A stretch of 64,000 bases of DNA from Octopus bimaculoides. Taxonomy: Eukaryota. Shown in pieces: positions 38,946 through 50,377 of this stretch. Where the stretch lies: positions 46,945,231 through 47,009,230 of the forward strand of contig NC_068994.1 in assembly GCF_001194135.2 (NCBI RefSeq), read 5' to 3'. Every line of letters starts with the position of its first letter. Position 1 is the first letter of the stretch. The notes under the pieces were generated by a model. The model did not search any database. It saw nothing but the letters and a program-made list of their open reading frames with translations, and was not told where the DNA came from. The position numbers and the translations under genes were made by a program.

Positions 38946-39555
38946 GCTGGACCTGTGAAAAACTGAAAGAAAACATAAAAAATGTAAGCATCTGTAAACA
39001 GTGTATTGGTGCCATGAGAAATGTTTGTATATTATGACCGTTTGTCTTTACGTTCTGAGTTCAAATTCTGCCAAGGTTGACCCTTACCTTTTGTCCTTTC
39101 AGGGTCGATAAATTAAGCACCAGTTGTGTACTGGGGTCAATCTAGTCAACTGGCTCCGTCCCCCCAAAAATTTCAGGCCCAGAAAAGTATATTGTGATAG
39201 TTAAAGAATTTTCGAAGTAATGTAACACCAATGACTATATAATCCAACCAAAACATCTCAGTTACACAAACGTATACGGAATCACTATTTAACCTTAAAA
39301 TACATCGAACATATTCAAAGAACCTTCTTGGTTTAGTGGTACAGAAGGTTTTTCTGGTATTATTTTATTCTTTTACTTGTTTCAGTCATTTGATGGTGGC
39401 CATGCTGGAGCACTACCCTTTAGTCGAAGAAATTGACCCCTGGACTTATTCCCTGTAAACCTGGTGCTTATTCTATCAGTCTCTTCTGCTGAACAGCTAA
39501 ATTACAGGGACACAAACACACCAACATTGATTGTCAAGCAACGATGGTGGTGAGA

Positions 39556-39593
<38 letters not shown>

Positions 39594-39789
39594 CATATAT
39601 CTATATGACGGGCTTGGAGGTAGTGGTGATGCTGGCTGGCTGGTGCGATTTTGTGGTTTGCTGGTATGCCGAGAGAGATCCAGCAGGCCCCTAACTGGTT
39701 CCCTGATCTTAAAGGTGTAATGTGGATGTGTAATGATGGAGTAGCTGGTGTGGTGGTGATGCTAGCTGGTGCAGTGGTCTTCCTTACAG

Positions 39790-40484
39790 TACTTCATGGT
39801 AGACAATATTTTGTGTGTATGTCACACCACGTCTTTGGCCTTGTCTGTTATCGCAATTGAGTGTCATAACTCATATTTTGATATTGTTCATAGCTCATGC
39901 TCTTGAAAATGCAACATATAAGTGGCCATGTGAAAATACCGGTTGAGGCAAATGTATTCCACCTTTTCCAAATGTTTGCCCTTGAGTCTTATTAATTGTC
40001 ATTGAATATGCAAGTTGAAGTGGAAACTGAAGTCTGTTTAGTGTGAATGGAATATTTGCATCACTTGGGCTAAGTTTAATTCTGGAAATTAGAACTGTAC
40101 GACCTCTGTTTGAGCCTGTTACCAATGATGCCTCTACACAATGTTCATGAAGTCTTTGCACTTTCATACGAGTTCCATTACATAATCCTTGACTAATTGA
40201 AAGATTTCTTGCAAGCATTACAATAGCCCCTACTTTTATGTTGAGGCGATGAGGAGGCATACCCAATGGAGTGAGTGAGTTTATGAATTTAAATGGATAG
40301 TTCTGAACCTCCTCTTCATTATTGCAAGACACTGAATCTGTGCTTAAGTATGTTTTAAGTGCCTCTGGTATAATATTAAAAACTTTTTCATTTATCGCAA
40401 GACAGTCAGAATTTTTAGGAGATAAAGTTACTTGTTTTTCCATTTCTTCTGGCGTGCAGTTGTTGAAAATTTCTGGGTACAAAT
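39790..40484 (-). mobile_element. Helitron RepHel fragment: PIF1-like helicase C-terminus (inactivated)
   Basis: GMPPHRLNIKVGAIVMLARNLSISQGLCNGTR...RLQFPLQLAYSMTINKTQGQTF...PVFSHGHLYVAFSRA are classic PIF1/Helitron motifs. A stop follows, with a decayed ...TYTQNIVYHEVL* C-terminus after it. Confidence 0.92.
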
Positions 40485-40492
40485 GTACAACA

Positions 40493-40665
40493 ACAACAAC
40501 ACTTTCTACTATAGGCACAAGACCTGAAATTTTGCAGGGAGGGGACTAGTCGATTACATCAACCCCAGTGCTCAACTGGTACTTATTTCATTGACCCCGA
40601 AAGGATGAAAGGCAAAAATCAACCTCAGTAGAATTTGAACTCAGAATGAAAAAAAAACCGGATGA
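40493..40665 (-). mobile_element. SINE family D abutting the Helitron fragment
   Basis: (CAA)n CTTTCTACTATAGGCACAAGACCTGAAATTT...GAAAGGATGAAAGGCAAA...GAATTTGAACTCAGAA. Confidence 0.85.
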
Positions 40666-41079
40666 AATAACTGTTGTGTAGTGATCTTAAAAAAACCCCC
40701 CAAAAAACATAGAAATTAAACAGCGTGGACACATGCGGATCTGAACATACACAAACAAACCCACATCTACATACATATATATATATACAGGCACAAACAC
40801 ACCTGCATATAACACAGACTTATAGAAACACCTACACAGCAGACACCCACCCACACACGCATTAAAACATCCAAGTCCATTAGTCTAGCACAGCAATGTC
40901 CAGTTATAGCAAATGCTACACTCCAACATTTATTGCTTGTATATCCAAAGACATTACTAACAGAGCTATTTCCAAATAATTCCATACCATACAGTTCTAT
41001 ATTTAAGAGATGAGGAATTATGTACACTATTTACATTATTTACATTTGACGGATATTTGTCCTCATCTTGTTTGTTGTT

Positions 41080-41125
41080 AACACAACGTTTCAGCTGATT
41101 TACCCTCCAGCCTTCATCAGGTGTC
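41080..41125 (-). ncRNA. Minimal type I hammerhead ribozyme motif (left arm)
   Basis: GACAC-CTGATGA-A-GGCTG(GAGGGTAAAT)CAGCT-GAAA-CGT-T-GTGTT: 5-bp stem I, stem II closed by a G.U pair, palindromic ACGT stem III. Confidence 0.75.
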
Positions 41126-41186
41126 TTGGGGAAATTTCGAACCTGGGTTCTCATTCCTAAGGTATTTTTTGATGTTGTTGTTGTTG

Positions 41187-41222
<36 letters not shown>

Positions 41223-41423
41223 TCGCTGCCTGGAATCGAACTCGGAATCTTGGGGTTAGCAGCCTGTGCTCTTAACCACTACGCCATATGCCCATGGGCA
41301 TATGGCATAGTGGTTAAAAGCAGTGACCTGAGCAATAACCACAACAACAACAACAATAATAATAATAATAATAACATCGAAAAATACCTTAGGAATGAGA
41401 ACCCAGGTTCGAAATTTCCCCAA

Positions 41424-41469
41424 GACACCTGATGAAGGCTGGAGGGTATATCAGTCGAAATGTTGTGTT
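41424..41469 (+). ncRNA. Minimal type I hammerhead ribozyme motif (right arm)
   Basis: GACAC-CTGATGA-A-GGCTG(GAGGGTATAT)CAGTC-GAAA-TGT-T-GTGTT; two C>T changes introduce wobble pairs. Confidence 0.7.
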
Positions 41470-41599
41470 AACAACAAACAAGATGAGGACAAATATCCGT
41501 CAAATGTAAATAATGTAAATAATTCCATAACATGATCTTTGTTGTTTTGTTTTTTTTGTTACGGCTATTTTCTTTTTATTTATTGTTTATTTATATTTG

Positions 41600-42045
41600 T
41601 TTTGTTTATCTTTAATTATTCACTTGTTGCAGCCATGCTGGGGTTCTGCCTTGAAGGGTTTAGTCAAACAAATCAACCTTTACACTTATTTTTTAAAGCT
41701 GGTACTTGTTGTATCAGTTTCTTTTCTCCATACCATTACGTTAGAGGGACATAACCAAACCTACATCAGTTGTCAAGCGAAAGACACACACACTCACACA
41801 TACATTCATACATACACACATACATATATATATATATATATATGTACACACACACACACATATATATATATGCACACACATGACAGGCTTCTTTCAGTTT
41901 CCATCTACCAAATCCATTCAGAAGGCTTTAGTCTGCCTGGTGTTAAAGTAGAAAACACTTGCCCAAAGTGCCATACAGTGGGACTGAACCCAGAGCCACA
42001 TGGTTAAGAAGCAAACCTCTTTCCACACAACCATATCTGTGCCTT
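41600..42045 (-). mobile_element. SINE family A, diverged
   Basis: GCAGCCATGCTGGGG...CTTTCAGTTTCCATCTACCAAATCC...CAGTGGGACTGAACCC. Confidence 0.8.
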
Positions 42046-42821
42046 TATTTTTCTCAATTTGTCCTTGTACTGTCTTCAACAACAACAACAACAAAAAAAA
42101 AAGAAAAGAAAAAATCCTAATTGTTATATTATTACCACAACTGAAATAATTAGTTTCTAATTAAGGAAATTTGACCCCATACTTCATTGATCAACCCCTG
42201 AGGAATGAAAAGTAAAAGTTGACCTCAGTGGGATTTGAACTTAGAAAGTAAAAGAGCCAGAGCTGTGCTATTTCCCCTCACCCACTGTCCAGTTTTGTGT
42301 CTTTATGCCAATGTGTGAGAAATCAATATGCTTTTAGAGCCAACTCTGTAGAATTACAAAATAAATAGGCCAAATCCTATTTAAAGATTAATAATTCTTT
42401 GAGCTAACGATAGAGTTACTTGTTACATGGCTGTTTGGTCAACTTGCTAGAAATATCAACCAAAATCTCCTGCGAATCACAACAGTATATATTCTGTTTA
42501 TTTAGTGGAGGGACACACAGATCTCCTCAGTATTAATCTGGGGCTAAACAACTATTTAACCCTGTAACATTCAGATTATTCCATCAAATGTAATCCTTAT
42601 TCATTCACATTGTTTTGAATTAATCATGTATTATCTCATAGTGTTGAGATTTCAATGGTGTGATGGCTTATTTTTAAAATGACATTGTAGGGTAGGTGTG
42701 AGAGGTCAAATCTGGCCAGTTTGGACATGTGGGCTGGTTGATGTATTTGGTTAAATCCCTTGTATTATTGATGCAAATCCAACCCATAATACCAAGCTGC
42801 CTGAGACTACCTTTGGTTCTA

Positions 42822-43023
42822 CAGGGTATCCACAAAGTCTGGGTACATGGGGATTACTTTAAGAAATAATTATTTCTTATATTTAATTGTTTATGTCATG
42901 ATTTTATTTACTCCACATACCCACATGGGGATTAACACATACTTTAAGAAATTAATATTTCTTATATTCAATTGTTTATGTTATGATTTTATTTACTCTA
43001 TGTGCCCAGACTTTGTGGATACC
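42822..43023. mobile_element. Tc1/mariner-type MITE with internal direct duplication
   Basis: TA|CAGGGTATCCACAAAGTCTGGGTACAT ... ATGTGCCCAGACTTTGTGGATACC|TA. An internal unit of about 70 bp (ACATGGGGATTA..TTTATTTACTC) occurs twice. Confidence 0.8.
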
Positions 43024-43674
43024 TAATCATTTTAAAATGATTAAGATTAAACCTTGCATCAAAATTTCATTTCAATTTATATTCCGAACACAAGCTTAAT
43101 AAATTCTACTACATTTTACTAAATTCTTCATTATTTGCAAAATTAATTGAAATAGAAGCAGAGTATTTTAAAGAAAGTATGGTAACAAAAGGGTTAAGGC
43201 TGGGTAACCTGGGAAAGCTTACAAAACTCAAGGGTGTTGTTGCTTCATGCTTTCTGGCCAAATTTATTTATAAAATAAAACGATAAAACAGTGTGTGTGT
43301 GGAGGGAGTGTATTTAGGTTTTAATATGTGTGTATTGGTTTGTTTATGTCCCTGTAACTTAGTACTTCACCAGAAGAGACCAATAGAATAAGTACCAGAC
43401 TTCAAAAAATAAAGGAAAAAATACTGGGGTTGTTTTGTTCATCTAAACTCTTCAATGTGGTGCCCCAACATGGCCACAGTCCAATGACTGAAGCGAATGA
43501 AAGATAAAAGAGATCCTGTTATTCTATAGTGGCTTGCATTGGATGACGTTTCTTGAGATATTCTACAGTTGAGGTCCTTTTTTGGTGCCAATCCCTACTT
43601 GTTTTTCAAGTGAAGTACTTTATTCTCCCCCTTTGCACCCCGAACTGCTGAGCTGCCTGAACTTTTCTTGTTTA

Positions 43675-43945
43675 TCATCATCATCATCATCGTTTAACGT
43701 CCACTTTCCATGCTAGCATGGGTTGAACGATTTAACTGAGAACTGGTGAAACCAGATGGCTACACCAGCCTCCAATCTGATTTGGCAGAGTTTCTACAGC
43801 TGGATGCCCTTCCTAACGCCAACCACTCAGAGAGTGTAGTGGGTGCTTTTACATGTCACCCGCACGAAGGCCAGTCAGGCAGTACTGGCAACGGCCATGC
43901 TCAAAATGGTGTATTTTACGTGCCACCCGCACAAGAGCCAATCCA
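43675..43945 (-). mobile_element. Family C element
   Basis: (CAT)n CGTTTAACGTCCAC...GGATGCCCTTCCTAACGCCAACC. Confidence 0.85.
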
Positions 43946-43959
43946 GGGAACATAAATGG

Positions 43960-44940
43960 TATCACCAGCAAGATTTGAACTCAGAACATAAAGGACTGCA
44001 TCTAAAAATGCTCGATGCTCTACTGATTCTTCTAATCTAAAGCCAACAATTTTGAGGGGAGGGTATTAGTTGATACCACCAAGCACCCCCTATACTTGAG
44101 TGGTGCTTTATTTTATTGATGCCCCAAAAAGATGAAAGACAAAGTTGACCATGCTGAGATTTGATCTCAGAATGCAAAGAATTGCTTGATGCTCTACTGG
44201 TTCTACCATTCCACAACAACAGCTACAATAGTAATAACTCTTTCTACTATACTATGGTTAAAGGCAAAAGTTATAATAATAATAATCCTTACTACTATAA
44301 GCACAAGGCCTGAAATTTTGAGGGAATGGTCTAGTCAATTACATCGACCCCAGTTTTCAACTAGTATTTATTTTGTCTACCCTGAAAGGATGAAAGGCAA
44401 AGACAGCTGTGGCAGAATTTGAACTCAGAACATAGAGGCAGATGAAATGCTGCTAAGCATCTTGCCTGATGTGCTAACAATTCTGCCAGCTTGTTACCTT
44501 AAATAATAATAATAACAATAACAACAATTGTTTCTAATTTAGGCATGAGGCCAGCAGTTATGAGGAAAAGATGAATAGTTGACACCATTGATTGCACTAT
44601 TTGAGTGGTACTTTATTTTATCAACCCCAAAAGAGTGAGAGACAAGGTTTGACCTCAGTGGAATTTGAACCCAAAACCTAAAGAGCCAGAGTACATACCA
44701 CAAGGGATTTTGTCCAATGTTCTAATGATTCTTCAATCCTACTGTATTTAATAATTGTTTCTGACATAGATGCAATGCCAGAAATTTAGAGAAGGCATTT
44801 AACCTATTATATTTACCCCAGTATGTTACTGCTATTTTATCATCACACTCCCTGTCCCTCTAGGATAGATAAGAAAAGTTGACCTCACCAGGATTTGAAC
44901 CCTGAGTACAGATACTCTCTCTGATGCTGTAATGATTATG
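43960..44940 (-). mobile_element. Head-to-tail run of about 5 SINE family D copies or fragments
   Basis: A GATTTGA(A/T)C(T/C)CAGA-type B-box reverse complement recurs at about 43975, 44160, 44420, 44660 and 44895, each with family D core sequence. Confidence 0.75.
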
Positions 44941-45285
44941 CCAAAGAAATTTTTTTCAATCAAGTTTTTCCCCTTTTGATTACAGGAGACCTAAAAATGG
45001 GTGCACTTGTAAAAGACAAGTGCCCCTCCACCACTTACCCCTGTTTTCATCAGGTTACCCCCAATTATAAAGCAAATACTGGAGTATCACCACATGTTAC
45101 TGTAATCTTTTGCAATATCATATTTCTGTATTTATATATATACACACACACACACATAGATATGCATACATATATGTACACACACATGCATGTATATAAA
45201 TGTATACACACATACTTATATACATTATGTACACACGTGTGCGCATGTGTATGTATATATATATACATATATATGTATGTATATG

Positions 45286-45377
<92 letters not shown>

Positions 45378-45872
45378 CATACCTGTGTATGTGTGTGTGT
45401 GGTGGAGTGTTTGTGTGTTTATTGTTTTGTTGGTTGACTACTTGAGCTAACTGGATCAACAGCTGGTGGATTGATGCACAATGTAGGTCAGCTGTGAATG
45501 CTAAAACAAGCAGTCTCACACCACTGCAGCAACAGGCTGAGAACCAAAAAAAAAAAAAGTGGGTAAGAGCATGATTACAGAGCTTAGGGAATAGAAGAAA
45601 CCATGAGTGCAGATATGGTGCCCCTGTTCCCCCCCCCCCATCTCTCTCCCTTAACATACCACTGAACCCTACTTGTAAACATTCGATCCAGTGAGGGAGT
45701 CTTTTATGTAGTTTGCTCAACCTGCTAGAAACAGCAACCCACATTTCTTAACCCTTTTAGTACCAACCTGCCCAAGACGCCCCAGGTTCTCTGGTACAAG
45801 CTTCCTGTTCTAAATAATAATTTCCTATTAAAATTTCCTATTAAGTAATGTTCCAAACATCTGCTTAATAAT

Positions 45873-46075
45873 CCTTTCTACTATAGGCACAAGGCCTGAA
45901 ATTTTGGCAATTACAGCAACTCCAGTATGCAACTGGTACTCATTTTATCGATCCCCAAAAGGATGAAAGGCAAAGTTGACCTTGACAGAGTTTGAACCCA
46001 GGATGTAAAGACAGACGAAATATCGTCAAGCATTTTGCCTGGTGTACTAACAATTCTGCCAGCTTATCGCCTTCA
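45873..46075 (-). mobile_element. SINE family D
   Basis: AATAATCCTTTCTACTATAGGCACAAGGCC...TTCTGCCAGCTTATCGCC. Confidence 0.85.
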
Positions 46076-47557
46076 GACATCTGCTTAATAATGACTGAGT
46101 TATTTATTATATTTTTCATTATTTTTGAAATCAGGTGAAACAAAGAGGTGTATTTCAAAGAAAAATATTGTAACAAAAGTGTTAAATCACATCAACTTCA
46201 AATTATCTTACAAATAATAAAGAAACTTTTGAAAACGTTTTGATTTATTGTGGTCCTGCTTCATCTGGGCTGACCTTAGAGTTAAGCAATGATTTGTCAA
46301 CATGAACACCAACCATATTAACTCTGGTCTTTCCAGCTCCGAAACAAATAACATCACCGGTGCACCATTGCAAAACTCAACTACTACAAATGGGTCTTTG
46401 GAGCCATTTGTAGTTGAGTTGTTGAATCTCATATCAGCACTGAACCAGTAGATCTATGATCAAAGGCACTCCTGTCATGCCCATTCCATTTTTCCTTAAT
46501 TCAAACACAACACACACGTACGCGTGTGCGCGCACACACACACACACACGCGCGCGCGCGCAAGAGTTGTACTGAAAGTAATGCAAAGGTGGGCATCACT
46601 TTTTTTATTAGCTGATAGTGGTTGTTCAAATGTCCTATTAATTGTTAGCACTCTATTTTATCAATGCCAGAAGAATGAAAGGCAAAACCAAACATGCAGA
46701 ACCATGACTAAATACCACAATGCATTTTGTCCAACACTAATGATTTTGCCTATCTGCTACTACCAAATTGCCAGGTGGTTCATTAACTCTGTTCATACTA
46801 ACTTACTCGAGGACACCTCTTGTTCTATGTACAAAATCCTTGTTTTAACCCTTTAGCATTCAGATTACTTATTCATTCATGTTGTTTCGAATTAATCTTT
46901 CATTATCTCATAGCTTCAAGATTTTGATAATGTGATTGTTTGTTTTTAGAATGATATTGTAGGATAGGTGTGTGTGAGGGGTGAAATGTGTCCAGTTTGA
47001 ACATAAAACAGTTAGAACCTTTTGGTTCGAATATGGCCAGTTTAAATGCTGAAGTGATAATGTGATCTAAATTAAAACTTTCCATCAAAATGTTATGCTA
47101 TATTTCAAACACCAGCTTAATAATGACCAAATAATTTTACTAAATTCTTCAATGTTTGAAAATTAATTGAAACAAAGGTAATGGATTTCAGCAGAAATAG
47201 GGAAGCAAAAGGGTTAACTTGCAGTGTTTGAATTCAACACTCTCCTGTAACCTAGGAGAAACCATACCAACATTCACTCTCAGACTAGAATTCCCAAAAT
47301 GTCTCAACACATCCATGCCATTGCATCTAGGAATATGGTTCTGATTAACGGACTTGCCTTTTATTGCTGGTGTGTGTGTGTGTGTGTGTGTGTGTGATAG
47401 TCTATTCCATGTTAAATTCCACATGTACAGGGTATCTTGATGGATGCCTTCCTCAACCATCTTGGAAAGCCACAATATGCACACACATATATATAGATGT
47501 TGAAATTCACGTGCATGAACATGTATTATGTGTATAGATACATGCGCAGATGTGTGA

Positions 47558-47609
<52 letters not shown>

Positions 47610-47745
47610 NNNNNNNNNNNNNNNNNNNNNNNNNNNNNNNNNNNNNNNNNNNNNNNNNNNNNNNNNNNNNNNNNNNNNNNNNNNNNNNNNNNNNNNNNNN
47701 NNNNNNNNNNNNNNNNNNNNNNNNNNNNNNNNNNNNNNNNNNNNN

Positions 47746-47972
47746 TAGCAGTTTATATGTTATAGCAAACTGGATATCTCCCACTCCACTCTGCTTCTAT
47801 GCTCCACCACCCCACCCCCCGCCATCCTTTCTATTGGTGATTGGTGATCACTTGGTATTGAAAACTTTTGGCAATCTCACTCATCTACAGAAATCAATAT
47901 TCATCATTTTTCTAAGAGGCAATAGGCTTTTGACTATCCGTTTGGTAAACGAGGTGGCAGTGGTGGAAGTGG
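47746..47972 (-). promoter_or_regulatory. Promoter-like module, copy 2
   Basis: Differs from 35712-35938 by two substitutions; truncated by the adjacent N gap. Confidence 0.4.
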
Positions 47973-48341
47973 GGGTGGAGGGGGGGAATTTAGGTCGTTA
48001 CCATGTTTATGTGTCTATGTGCATGCCTAAGAGAGAGAGAGAGAGAAAGAAAGAGTGTGTTGTTGAAAAGATAGTGGAATACAGAATATACATACACATA
48101 TAAACACAAAACACGCATGCACATGTGTGTACACATAGTCTTTTGGTTGAGTGTTCAGTGTTCATAAGAATGGAAACACAGTTGTAGCTGAATTTAGCCA
48201 AATATGTCATGAGACATGAGAAGCATGATAATGTTCACGTGTATCTAAAAGCACTCCTCCTCCTCCTCTTCATATTATATAGTTCATATAATATCTAAGA
48301 TAGTATATATTATATAATAATAATAATTTTATATATATGCA

Positions 48342-48451
48342 TGTGTATATGTATACATATGTTTGTAGGGGTATGTATGTGTATATGTATACATATGTTT
48401 GTGGGGGTATGTATGTGTATATGTATACATCTGTTTGTGGGGGTATGTATG
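48342..48451. repeat. 36-bp tandem repeat, 3 copies
   Basis: TGTGTATATGTATACATATGTTTGT(A/G)GGGGTATGTA. Confidence 0.85.
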
Positions 48452-48455
48452 TACA

Positions 48456-48493
<38 letters not shown>

Positions 48494-48675
48494 CTTATAC
48501 GTAGCTGGTTGGATTGGATTCAACAGGTCCAGAGGAACCCTTCTGGGCCATGTATGTGTATATAGTATACATATACATGCACATACAAAATGAAAATTAG
48601 ACAGCAAATGGCAGGTCCATTTTAATAATCAAGAACCCCCTTCAGTCTAAATCTAGGCTACACCCATGTATGTGC

Positions 48676-48733
<58 letters not shown>

Positions 48734-49078
48734 ATTTGTACAAGCTTCAGTCAACCGGGCTACAACCTTCCTCAGGTACCGTTTTAAAGGCTTTAGTCAT
48801 TCATATCAACCCCAATGCTTATTTCAGTTTGGTAGTTTTTCTGTTGGTTTATATATTATTGATTATGTAACTGACCCCTTCATAGAACACCAGTTTTATA
48901 AGTGGCACATGTGTATGTATATACCGAATACACACATGCTTGTAGTGTGTAAAAGATCTTCTAATGAGCTCATCTTTAATACCCCCGCCATATACATGAG
49001 ATTGTACTAGTGAGGACACCAAACTGTGGTTTCCTAATTCTGTATCCTTACACCTAATCAGGTGTATTATGCGCTTAA

Positions 49079-49297
49079 CCCTTTAGCATTTAAGCTATCC
49101 ATATTCAGTCCCAAATATTCTACCTGTTTTATGCTCAAACTGGCTAGATCTGGCCTCTCATACCTACCCTATAATATCATTCTAAAAATAAACAATCACA
49201 TCATTGAAATCTCAAAGCTACAAGACAATGCATGATTAATTAAAAACAGCCTGAATAAATAAGTATTACATTTGACAGTGATCTGAATGCTAAAGGG
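49079..49297. mobile_element. piggyBac-like MITE, family E, complete
   Basis: TTAA|CCCTTTAGCATT ... AATGCTAAAGGG|TTAA: perfect 12-bp TIR and TTAA TSD. About 12 copies or fragments in the window. Confidence 0.88.
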
Positions 49298-49577
49298 TTA
49301 ATTCCTATGGGACCCCTCTTTGCAGCATAATACAATCTGTACTGCAAAACTGGTGATGCTTTGTTGTGTGTTTTTTTTTCACATATATCATTATTTATGG
49401 AAATTACTAATTTATTCAGTGAGTTGCTAGATCTGATTCAAATATTCCCATCGTCCATTGTGTATGCAACCAAGAAATCAAACACATCTGTGTTGGAGGA
49501 CAATTATGGTACCATGTAGTTATGTGGATGTTACCACCTTGGCTATCCTGTACAAAGGAAGAGGCAACATTAGCATT

Positions 49578-49766
49578 AGAGAGCTTTGGTGAAATATTTT
49601 GGTGTTGTTCTATGCATTACATATGGTTGATGTGATGTGGTTTCTTTTTCATGCTTTACAAATTGGATATTATCATGAGGCATTGTAAAGCATGAAAAAG
49701 AAACCACATTATATCAACTATATGTAATGCATAAAACAACAGCAAAATATTGCACCAAAGCTCTCT
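49578..49766. repeat. Long near-perfect inverted repeat (84-bp arms, 21-nt loop)
   Basis: Arms 49578-49661 and 49683-49766 differ at about 6 positions. Confidence 0.9.
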
Positions 49767-50310
49767 TTAATAGAATTGTTAGCATGCCAGGCAAAATGCT
49801 TAGCAGCATTTCATTCATCCTTTACGTTTTGAGTTAAAATTCCACCAAGGTCGACCTTGCTTTTTATCCTTTCAGAGTCAATAAAATAAATACCAGTTGA
49901 GCACTGGGGTTGATGTGATTGACTTACCTACTACCCCAAAATTTTTGGCATTGTGCCAAAATTCAAAAGCAATTTTGCATAATATCATAACCTCTGGTGT
50001 TCCTTCTATTCTAACACCTTACTCCAAAATATCATCCACTGACATGTGCCTGATCCCACAGGCTACAAAAGTCATTTATTATTCTTCTACCCCCTTATCA
50101 TCCTTTTTAATTCTAATGCTCTGGAAGTTATCTCTTCTTTCATAATTAACCTACCATTTCTTTTTATTATTAAAACTGAATTGTTATCTTGTGACTCACA
50201 TTTTACATGAAACTTTAGTCATAAGATAAAAAATTCAGTGTCAATAAATTATATATTCTACAACAAGTATTGAGCCCTCCTCTCTCATTCATTTGACATA
50301 ATTCAACATT

Positions 50311-50377
<67 letters not shown>

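Larger units (their letters stand above)
40991..41516. mobile_element. Fold-back element: two head-to-head tRNA-headed units with Penelope-type hammerhead tails, 17-bp TSD
   Basis: Palindrome centre CCATATGCCC-AT-GGGCATATGG at 41294/41295, with arms reverse-complementary over most of their length. TSD AAATAATTCCATA(C/A)CAT at 40974-40990 and 41517-41533. Confidence 0.85.

Noticed and set aside
45447-45565. Frame NWINSWWIDAQCRSAVNAK... ending at |GTAAGA (similar weak candidates near 13825, 27997, 36292, 48498, 52118, 61488)
   Set aside because: Weak acceptors or donors and no recognisable homology; short open frames of this length are common by chance.
44976-45744. YIYI / CVCV / THTH / poly-V,T,I ORFs here and throughout the window
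   Set aside because: They are translations of (TA)n, (CA)n and trinucleotide microsatellites, which lack stops in some frames.
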